Source: Hespellia sp. (lineage in GTDB: Bacteria > Bacillota > Clostridia > Lachnospirales > Lachnospiraceae). Taken from it: DNA of 24,000 nt. Below are positions 17,453 through 23,957 of the stretch, in pieces. The stretch is from contig JAQUVD010000026.1 in assembly GCA_028693555.1 (NCBI GenBank), forward strand, positions 24,846 to 48,845, in the 5' to 3' direction. The translations under genes were made by a program, and so were the position numbers. Each line of letters begins with the position of its first letter. Positions within the stretch are counted from its first letter, which is position 1. The notes beneath the pieces were generated by a model, which searched no databases, was not told the DNA's origin, and saw nothing but the letters and a program-made list of their open reading frames with translations.

Positions 17453-18177
17453 ACTTTAGCGATATATTCATAGGGCAATGGTACAACCTGCCCTGGAGAA
17501 TCTAAAATATCCAATTGTTCTAAAGCGGCCTTCACGATATGGTACTGCATTTGTTGATCGTGTGGTGCGCCGGCGTTTGCTCCCATAGGAACAAGTGGTG
17601 CGACAGCACGTGGTGTTCCGGATTGCTTTACAACCGGAGGAAGTGCTGCGATGATGACTGTCGGAATCCCGATTTCTTCAATGGATCTCTGCACCAATAC
17701 TGCAGAGCGATGACAGGTCCCTCAGCCAGCGGTAAGGATCACAGCGTCAACGTTGTGATCCTTTAAAATATGTGCGATAGTAGGACCGGTCTCATTCTTG
17801 AATTTTTCCTGATTTCCACCACCGCCCATAAAGCCGATGTGGATATCGGATACACTTCCGATGACGTGATCTTTTGCTAATTGATGCAGCGGATCAATTG
17901 GGAACATACAGTTGATGTCTTTGTTGACATCGCTGTTGTCGTAGCCACCATGAGATACCATTAATTCAGATGAAGGCATCGTATCCGCGATTTCACGAAA
18001 CGTAAAGTCTCCGGACAGATTAAACCGTTCGTCATTTTTGTGATGAACACCGGCAGCAGTAGCAATTGCGATATTCATCTCACAGAGTGGCTTGGTAACA
18101 TCTGCCCATACCGGAGGTGGTGTAACCGGAACATAGATTTCTGATTGCAGACCATCCATAGATATTAGTTTACTCAT
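17449..18177 (-). CDS. prdB: D-proline reductase subunit PrdB, a selenoprotein (in-frame UGA = Sec at codon 152)
   Basis: The ORF track gives two pieces, 17722..18177 and 17449..17697. I traced the junction by hand: ..ACC GCT GGC TGA GGG ACC TGT CAT CGC TCT GCA GTA TTG GTG.. = ..T-A-G-U-G-T-C-H-R-S-A-V-L-V.. It stays in the same frame with no other stop, giving 242 codons.

..LTAG-U-GTC.. is the Sec-x-x-Cys redox motif expected for PrdB/GrdB-type proteins.

Position after prdA plus a small ORF matches known prd operons. selA, selB and tRNA-Sec are in the same window. Confidence 0.9.
17687..17707 (-). promoter_or_regulatory. Candidate bacterial SECIS hairpin for the prdB UGA
   Basis: On the mRNA, 14 nt after the UGA (17724-17722): perfect 7-bp stem CUCUGCA / UGCAGAG with a 7-nt loop GUAUUGG (G-U at the loop 5' end). 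Distance and shape fit Gram-positive SECIS expectations. I could not extend a lower stem by eye. Confidence 0.55.
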
Positions 18178-18178
18178 A

Positions 18179-18421
18179 TTATTTCTCCTTTCCTTTTATT
18201 TGATTTATTACATAAATCTCATTGACATCAGCGGAGAGCTGCTCAATGAAACTCATGTTAAATCCTACTTCCTGACCCACTTTGATTTCATAATCTGTGA
18301 TCAGCATACGCATTGGAATTTTTAAATACCCAAGGCGTCCTTTCAAATCAATTCCAACAGCACCATCGGATACTTCAACGATGATCCCTTCCATATAGAT
18401 AATTTTATCTCCGTATTTCAT
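18179..18421 (-). CDS. Small conserved protein encoded between prdA and prdB (function unknown)
   Basis: 80 aa from ATG 18421 (RBS AAGGGGA 7 nt upstream; the ORF-track start at 18427 is a GTG two codons earlier). Stop is 1 nt before the prdB ATG. A small ORF in this exact position is a recurrent feature of prd operons. Confidence 0.7.
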   Translation of the reverse strand: MKYGDKIIYMEGIIVEVSDGAVGIDLKGRLGYLKIPMRMLITDYEIKVGQEVGFNMSFIEQLSADVNEIYVINQIKGKEK

Positions 18422-18433
18422 AAGCACATCCCC

Positions 18434-20215
18434 TTAAGAATATTTTTCTTTTCGTTTCTGGCTCATTGGGAGCGAGGTCTCATTTTCAACAGGCACAATC
18501 GGTTTCCCGGTTACATTGGAAATGAGTTCGATATTGTTTTTTTTGATATCCGGATTCCATTTGCGCTCAGCGGGTTTTACGGAAGAACCAGACATCTGTG
18601 CCTTTAACATGGCAATCGCACGGATGGCATCTTCGTGGCAGAGGGTATTGTTTGCAAGGACTTCATTTTCAATTCCGCCCTCGGATTTATTGTTGTCGAC
18701 CATGTGTGTCATGTATTTGTTGCCGACAACGAGAGCGCCCTGTTTGGCACAAAAGGAAAGACCGACCACTGCGATATCGCGCATGCCAATCTGTTCGATG
18801 TGACTTGCAAAATCAATGTGATTGTTACCAAAGCCTTCCGTTGTCACAAATGCGCCGTCGACTTCCATTGCCTCGCAGGTCATGCCGACACGGCGTGACA
18901 CATAGAATTTCTCGGCATTAATCTGAGGGCTTCCTACCAATAATACACCGCACAGATCAAGCTCCGGATCGAACAGCGTTTCCAGAACAAGCGGCTCTCT
19001 AAAGTAGTGGCGGGACATTTCTTTCGAAGCAGGTCCAATACAGGTGAGTGCATGAATGCAGCCGTCAAGTACTTCAAGAGGAGATACCATCACAGGAACA
19101 TTTCCGAGATCAACATTCGGTTTTGCGCCAAGAATGCCGACCGGTTCTAATGGGAGAAGCAGATTATCGTGCATAGCACCCTGTCCCATGATTTCTTTTA
19201 CGACAACCACTTTCTTCTTGCCGGGACGGCGGTACTGCTCAAAGGTCTGTGTATCAACAATGAGGGCATCGTCCGCCACTTTTTTGAGTGCCTGTCGGAT
19301 CTCTTCGGTAATGATATCCGTAGCAGCGTGCGCCGCCAGCGGTCCGGGACGTTCCATGTTGGTTCCGGCTTTGATGGTTACCTGTGTCTTAATAAAGATT
19401 TCTCCCTGATCCGGTGCACCCGGCCGTCCCCACATGATATTTTCATCAAGATATCCTTCGGAAGATCCAAATTCTCCAATCTGTACGCCGTTATCATCGG
19501 TTCCGGTTACCATCATAACAACGCCATCAAGTACGCGGGTCGTACCGGTACCGACCAGGTCGTGCCCCTCTTTTGTGGCGATTGGCTGCACGTCTAGGAT
19601 TGTTTCAGAATAGGTGTGATACATATCGGGTGTGATGATGTCAATCTTAAGATCGTGTACCAGCTCCTGGCTTGCAATTGCATCAGCTTCAATTCCTTCA
19701 CGAATGGTGAGTGTTGTCCCATCTATCATAGTCTTCGGTCCGCGTTTCACCTCGGTAATCTTGTAATGATTTCGAGTCAGACAGCGAAGAAGCTTTGTCT
19801 CCGGTTCTGCATCCGAAGAAATAGATCCGAGCGGAAGCTCGATATGAATATCTGTTCCCTGTCCGATGGATATTTTTAACGTACCATTTTTGATTGGTGC
19901 TGTGAGGTTTGCAGAATCAGATGCAGCAGAGGACGGTATGGAATCATTGGAATTGTCCTGCGTTTCCTGAATCTGGTCGATCGTATCTACGGTAAGCGGT
20001 GTCAGTGAGTCGCAGGTCTTTTTCAAGGCAGCACCGATGACCTGTCCAATCTTTAAACAGCCATCTAAGTTTAGCAGTCCGGAATCAACTAGATCATCGA
20101 AGATAGCTGGATCTTCCAGATTATGTGATGTTAATACAGTGCCCTCTTCTGCGCGGCAACAGAGGACGGCCGGGTCATTTGCGTGTTCTTTTGCAGTTGC
20201 TTCACTAATTGACAT
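18434..20215 (-). CDS. prdA: D-proline reductase proprotein PrdA (pyruvoyl-dependent)
   Basis: 593 aa. Long blocks typical of PrdA (..GVQIGEFGSSEG..IMWGRPGAPDQGEIFIK..KAGTNMERPGPLAAH.., ..EGFGNNHIDFASHIEQIG.., ..GNKYMTHMVDNNKS..). The predicted self-processing site is ..HALT|CIGPASKEM.. with Cys392 (codon 19042-19040), which would become the pyruvoyl group. Confidence 0.93.
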   Translation of the reverse strand: MSISEATAKEHANDPAVLCCRAEEGTVLTSHNLEDPAIFDDLVDSGLLNLDGCLKIGQVIGAALKKTCDSLTPLTVDTIDQIQETQDNSNDSIPSSAASDSANLTAPIKNGTLKISIGQGTDIHIELPLGSISSDAEPETKLLRCLTRNHYKITEVKRGPKTMIDGTTLTIREGIEADAIASQELVHDLKIDIITPDMYHTYSETILDVQPIATKEGHDLVGTGTTRVLDGVVMMVTGTDDNGVQIGEFGSSEGYLDENIMWGRPGAPDQGEIFIKTQVTIKAGTNMERPGPLAAHAATDIITEEIRQALKKVADDALIVDTQTFEQYRRPGKKKVVVVKEIMGQGAMHDNLLLPLEPVGILGAKPNVDLGNVPVMVSPLEVLDGCIHALTCIGPASKEMSRHYFREPLVLETLFDPELDLCGVLLVGSPQINAEKFYVSRRVGMTCEAMEVDGAFVTTEGFGNNHIDFASHIEQIGMRDIAVVGLSFCAKQGALVVGNKYMTHMVDNNKSEGGIENEVLANNTLCHEDAIRAIAMLKAQMSGSSVKPAERKWNPDIKKNNIELISNVTGKPIVPVENETSLPMSQKRKEKYS

Positions 20216-20230
20216 AAGTATATCCCTCCT

Positions 20231-21625
20231 TTATAGTGGCAAATCAATGTGAATGTCTTTGCCTTCTTTGATGTCGATGGTTAGAATTCCATTGTTTACG
20301 GTCTGCTCGATATGATAGGTGCTGGGCTCTTCGGACACCATCTTGGATTGTTTCAGATAACGCATCCGTTCCAGGCCAACCGTATCAAAAATATGGTCTG
20401 TCTGATGGTGCACGTTCAATCCAAGCTTTGGGGCGGAGCCCATAACCGTATTGGTGCAGTCGCTGCAGTTCCCAATCAAAATATCGGTGCAGCCTTCCTT
20501 CTTGAAATTCAGACATTTCTGTGCCTGTCCGGGACAGTTGCCAGGATTTTCACATTTTAAAGTTCCCTTGATGTCCATTGCCTGTTTACATTTTTGAATG
20601 CAGACAACCTCTCCATTCATTTTCGCAGCAAGATCTTTCATGCGTGTTTCGTTTCCGCCACAGGCGCAGAGGAGAAGACCGAGCTTTGCACCATTCAAAT
20701 CTTCAAGCGGCGCAGTGACGATGATACCGCCGGTTGTCTTAGTGACAGGTGTATCGAGCGTGACGGCATGCCCGGTAAAAGGTCCACCCATGATAATTTC
20801 GCCATAATCGCCATCAATGCCTCCGGCACGTTCAATCAGTGAACCTGCCGTTGTTCCTAAAGGGACATCCATAAATACACGCGTATGTGTGCCGCCTTTT
20901 AACTTGCCTGCCACGGAAACATGTTTACTGATACACGGACGCTTTTCGTAAACCGCTTCTGCGATACGAAGCAGTGTCTCGACATTCATGACGATTGCAT
21001 CCGCAGCAGAAGGAAGCTCCGTTGGTGCAAGCAGCGTTCCAAGTACCTCCCGTACAACGGCCCGTTCCTCGCCCATGGGATAGAGGTCCGGAAGAAGATG
21101 AATGGAAATGTGCTCCTCTTTTTTGAGGTATTTATTTAATGTGGCAATTTCATCGTGATGCTTTGCTTTGATTGCAAATACACCCTGACCTGCATGACAG
21201 AGCTGCATGACAAGTTTTAACCCGGCAATTGTTTTCGCTGTCTGCTCCCGTATCTGTTTCATATTGTGTTCAAGAAGCGGTTCACACTCAGCGGCATTGA
21301 CAAGGACATAACCACCTTTCAGGTCAACACTGCATTTGACTGCAGTTGGAAAACCAGCCCCGCCCATACCAACGATTCCTGCATCGCCGAGCAGCTGATA
21401 GGCATCGGTTTCTTTCAGTGGAAGGAAGGCGTCGGAAGCTTCGCCATCGATGATGATGGAGGTATCCGTTATTTCACATACAGTTCCTTTCACAGAGGAA
21501 TGAATGGGGGCACCCAGACCGGAAGGCGTTGCAATGAGTGTACCGGGAAGAACTGGATTGCCTGCCGCTGCAACGGCTTTGCAGGGGACTCCGATATGTT
21601 GTTTTAATAAAATATTATATTTCAT
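20231..21625 (-). CDS. prdC: Proline reductase-associated electron-transfer protein PrdC (RnfC-like)
   Basis: 464 aa from ATG 21625 (RBS AAGGAG at 21638-21633). RnfC/NuoF-like region ..GIVGMGGAGFPTAVK.., Cys-rich C-terminal part. Located 15 nt upstream of prdA. The ORF-track N-terminal extension to 21814 runs through the tRNA-Sec gene and is spurious. The ORF is uninterrupted, so this is a Cys rather than Sec version. Confidence 0.85.
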   Translation of the reverse strand: MKYNILLKQHIGVPCKAVAAAGNPVLPGTLIATPSGLGAPIHSSVKGTVCEITDTSIIIDGEASDAFLPLKETDAYQLLGDAGIVGMGGAGFPTAVKCSVDLKGGYVLVNAAECEPLLEHNMKQIREQTAKTIAGLKLVMQLCHAGQGVFAIKAKHHDEIATLNKYLKKEEHISIHLLPDLYPMGEERAVVREVLGTLLAPTELPSAADAIVMNVETLLRIAEAVYEKRPCISKHVSVAGKLKGGTHTRVFMDVPLGTTAGSLIERAGGIDGDYGEIIMGGPFTGHAVTLDTPVTKTTGGIIVTAPLEDLNGAKLGLLLCACGGNETRMKDLAAKMNGEVVCIQKCKQAMDIKGTLKCENPGNCPGQAQKCLNFKKEGCTDILIGNCSDCTNTVMGSAPKLGLNVHHQTDHIFDTVGLERMRYLKQSKMVSEEPSTYHIEQTVNNGILTIDIKEGKDIHIDLPL

Positions 21626-21646
21626 AGGACAAAACTCCTTTTTCTT

Positions 21647-21743
21647 TGGCGGAAGCATGTGGGAATCGAACCCACCCGGGATATGAGAATACCCCGCATC
21701 GGTGTTGAAGACCGTGAAGACCACCAGTGTCTTAGCTGCTCCC
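21647..21743 (-). tRNA. selC: tRNA-Sec (anticodon UCA)
   Basis: Minus-strand read: GGGAGCAG-CT-AAGACACTGGTGGTCTT-CACGGT[CTTCAAC]ACCGATG-CGGGGTAT[TCTC]ATATCCCG-G-GTGGG[TTCGATT]CCCAC-ATGCTTCC-G-CCA.

Anticodon loop is C-U-UCA-A-C. There is an 8-bp long variable arm, a canonical T-arm, discriminator G and encoded CCA. Length is about 97 nt.

Acceptor stem has 7 pairs plus one G-A mismatch by my hand fold. Confidence 0.85.
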
Positions 21744-21810
21744 ATACGTTTTGTTAGGCTAAGTATAAAATAAACGGATGCATAAAGGAAATGACAGAAT
21801 TGCACGTAGG

Positions 21811-22713
21811 TCATTCCAAATCCGCATGCTTCTCATCTGTAATCAGATCTGGAAGCGTAGCCTGAATATATTCGATAAAATGTCTTGCCGCGGGAGTCAG
21901 TGTACTTTGCGTACGCATGCCAATTCCGAGCTGACGAGAATAATACGGTTCTAAAGGAAGTGTTTTCACCTTCTTATGTGCGCCGTTTACGACAAGACTT
22001 GGTAAGATACTAATGCCAAGATGATTCGCGACCATAGAAACAATCGTGGAGTCATCTTTTGAAGATAACAGTGTATTCGGTGTGATTTTTTCTTTGATCA
22101 ATGCCGCATGGACATCATAATCTGTACCTTCCGCGGAAATGATAAAAGGCTGGTCTTTCATTTTAGATAAAGAAAAACGATCCATAGAAATGTATGGCTC
22201 TGTTTCAGGAAGAACGGCAACGAGTGGATCTTCATAAAGCGGAAGCCAGTTCAGTGAGCTTGCGTGTTTCTTACTGAGCAATCCGAAATCGGCAATGCTG
22301 TTTTCTACCCATCCAACGATGTCATCGGTGCCACCTTCAAGCAGCTCGATTTCAATTCCGGGATATTCTTTCCGAAATTCATATATGATAGAGGGAAGCC
22401 AGTTTCTGGAAATGCTGACAAAGCTGGCAATAATCAGATGTCCACGCTCCAATCCGTTAATTGACGCGATGGTCTGCTCCAATTGTTCGTTCACTGCTAA
22501 CAGCTTGCGTACGAGAGGAAGCATATCCCTCGCGTTGGGCGTGAGAGTGACCCCCTGCTTGGAACGTAGAAAGAGTGGAAATCCCAGCTCGTTCTCCATT
22601 GCTTTTAAAATATGGCTGACACCCGGCTGTGTGTAGCCCATACGTTCCCCGCTTTTTGTGAAATTCCGGGTCTCTGCAATATCTGCAAAGAGTGCATATT
22701 TATTAACATCCAT
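21811..22713 (-). CDS. LysR-family transcriptional regulator
   Basis: 300 aa. N-terminal HTH ..FADIAETRNFTKSGERMGYTQPGVSHILKAMENELGFPLFLR.. plus a LysR substrate-binding domain. RBS AAAGGGGTGA. Ligand and targets unknown. Confidence 0.92.
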   Translation of the reverse strand: MDVNKYALFADIAETRNFTKSGERMGYTQPGVSHILKAMENELGFPLFLRSKQGVTLTPNARDMLPLVRKLLAVNEQLEQTIASINGLERGHLIIASFVSISRNWLPSIIYEFRKEYPGIEIELLEGGTDDIVGWVENSIADFGLLSKKHASSLNWLPLYEDPLVAVLPETEPYISMDRFSLSKMKDQPFIISAEGTDYDVHAALIKEKITPNTLLSSKDDSTIVSMVANHLGISILPSLVVNGAHKKVKTLPLEPYYSRQLGIGMRTQSTLTPAARHFIEYIQATLPDLITDEKHADLE

Positions 22714-22741
22714 CTCGAATCACCCCTTTCTGACACGAAAA

Positions 22742-22770
22742 AGGGTGTTTCTCAAAATGAGAAACACCCT
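22742..22770 (-). terminator. Terminator-like hairpin in the lysR 5' leader
   Basis: 12-bp stem (plus-strand AGGGTGTTTCTC 22742-53 / GAGAAACACCCT 22759-70), 5-nt loop. On the minus strand it is followed by UUUUUCG, then the lysR RBS and ATG (22713). Confidence 0.55.
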
Positions 22771-22789
22771 CCTTGGTTATTACTGTTAA

Positions 22790-22819
22790 ATTATATACAT
22801 ACTTTTGCAGATTTGGCAA
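22790..22819 (-). promoter_or_regulatory. Candidate sigma-A promoter for lysR
   Basis: Minus-strand TTGCCA (22819-22814), 18-nt spacer, TATAAT (22795-22790). Predicted TSS is about 13 nt upstream of the leader hairpin. Confidence 0.5.
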
Positions 22820-22870
22820 GTGAAAATTTATTCATTACAAAATGGAATGATAGACATTAAAAAGTGTTAC

Positions 22871-22900
22871 TTTACAAATCATAGGCAAAGTGATTACAAT
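22871..22900 (+). promoter_or_regulatory. Candidate sigma-A promoter for the right-hand amino-acid ABC operon
   Basis: TTTACA (22871-76), 18-nt spacer, TACAAT (22895-22900). Pattern only. Confidence 0.4.
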
Positions 22901-22926
22901 ACAGACATGTTTCAAACAACGAATGA

Positions 22927-22977
22927 ACAGAGCAGGCAAGGGTGCTGATAAAAGCTTCCAACCTGCTCTGTTTTTTA
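22927..22977 (+). terminator. Terminator-like hairpin in the leader of the amino-acid ABC operon
   Basis: 10-bp stem ACAGAGCAGG (22927-36) / CCTGCTCTGT (22962-71), 25-nt loop, followed by T6 (22971-76). It is nested inside an outer helix (22910-26 with 22983-96). Confidence 0.55.
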
Positions 22978-23040
22978 TAGGATCATTCGTTTGAAATAAA
23001 CAACATGCAAAAAAATGCATACAAAAAGGAGGCAATATTT

Positions 23041-23865
23041 ATGAAGAAAAAAGTATTGGCAGCAATTTTAGTAGGAATGATGACGGTATCACTTGCAGCC
23101 TGTGGAAGTTCCAGCGATGGAGCCGCAGCATCGACAGGTTCTGCCACGAAAGCAGCAGAAGATGTAACAGGAACTATGAAAGGTGAGACAATCACAGTTG
23201 GTACATCCGGATTATTCGGACCATTCTCATATTACGATACAGATGGCACAACATTAATTGGATACGATATCGATTTACTCACAGATATTCAGGGGATTCT
23301 TGGATTTGAGATTGACGGAGGAATTCAGGCAATGGATTATTCCGCACTGACTACTTCTATTACAGAAGGAAAACTAGATGTTGGAGCAGCAGCACTTTGT
23401 GCAACAGACGAAAGAAAAAAAGTTATGGACTTCTCTCAGACATACTGCGATTCAGGTCAGATGGTTATGGTCAACAAAGACAATGACGAAGGTATCACAG
23501 GCGTTGATGATTTAGCAGGAAAGACAGTTGCAGTAGAAAAAGGAACTGCTTCTCATATCTATGCACAGAAGAATCTGACCGATGCAACGATTGAAGTACA
23601 CGATACAATCACAACCGCATATGAGTCACTAGAGCAGAAGAAGGTTGACGCAGTGATTCAGGATGGTCCCGGATGTGCATTCTACATAAAGACCACAGAC
23701 CAAACAGCATTGGAGACGGTTGGAGATGAATTCAATCAGGGGCAGGCTCCATATGCAATTGCTTATAACAAAGACTTCAAATATCAGGACGAATTCAATG
23801 CAGCTCTTAAAATGCTGAAAGAAGATGGAACTTTAGATGAGCTTTACACAAAATGGTGTGAATAA
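23041..23865 (+). CDS. Amino-acid ABC transporter substrate-binding lipoprotein (SBP_bac_3 / polar amino acid type)
   Basis: 274 aa from ATG 23041 (RBS AGGAGG 23027-32). Signal peptide with lipobox ..SLAACGSS.. Typical family-3 SBP blocks (..GYDIDLL.., ..GKLDVGAAAL.., ..VDAVIQDGP..). Substrate not assignable. Confidence 0.88.
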   Translation: MKKKVLAAILVGMMTVSLAACGSSSDGAAASTGSATKAAEDVTGTMKGETITVGTSGLFGPFSYYDTDGTTLIGYDIDLLTDIQGILGFEIDGGIQAMDYSALTTSITEGKLDVGAAALCATDERKKVMDFSQTYCDSGQMVMVNKDNDEGITGVDDLAGKTVAVEKGTASHIYAQKNLTDATIEVHDTITTAYESLEQKKVDAVIQDGPGCAFYIKTTDQTALETVGDEFNQGQAPYAIAYNKDFKYQDEFNAALKMLKEDGTLDELYTKWCE

Positions 23866-23879
23866 TAGGGATCAAATGC

Positions 23880-23910
23880 ACAGGTGCAGCATACAACATG
23901 TTGCACCTGT
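23880..23910 (+). other. Intercistronic stem-loop between the binding-protein and permease genes
   Basis: 13-bp stem ACAGGTGCAGCAT (23880-92) / ATGTTGCACCTGT (23898-910), one G-T wobble, loop ACAAC, weak T-tract (TGTGTT). Fits an mRNA-stabilising or partial-terminator element, common after SBP genes. Confidence 0.5.
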
Positions 23911-23957
23911 TGTGTTATGAACTACAAATGTAGATCAGTGAGAGGAAAGGAAAGCTT

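Noticed and set aside
17449-17724. Reading the two prdB pieces as a frameshifted or truncated pseudogene, or as two separate genes
   Set aside because: Both pieces are in the same frame and are separated only by one TGA. The U-x-x-C motif, the downstream hairpin, and selA, selB and tRNA-Sec in the same window all point to Sec read-through.
21626-21814. N-terminal 63-codon extension of the 527-aa minus-strand ORF (MTYVQFCHFLYAS..)
   Set aside because: It runs through the tRNA-Sec gene and has no RBS. The conserved PrdC sequence starts at MKYNILLKQHIGVP (ATG 21625), which has a strong AAGGAG RBS.
21800-21818. Possible sigma-54 (-24/-12) promoter upstream of selC/prdC (minus strand TGGAATGACCTACGTGCAA)
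   Set aside because: The GG-to-GC spacing is two nt too long for the TGGCAC-N5-TTGCW consensus. It also lies inside the lysR coding end, and no PrdR-type activator is nearby.
22835-23195. Minus-strand ORFs of 66 and 70 aa in the lysR/ABC intergenic region and opposite the SBP 5' end
   Set aside because: They have no RBS, overlap the predicted leader structures or lie antisense to the lipoprotein signal peptide, and look random in composition.
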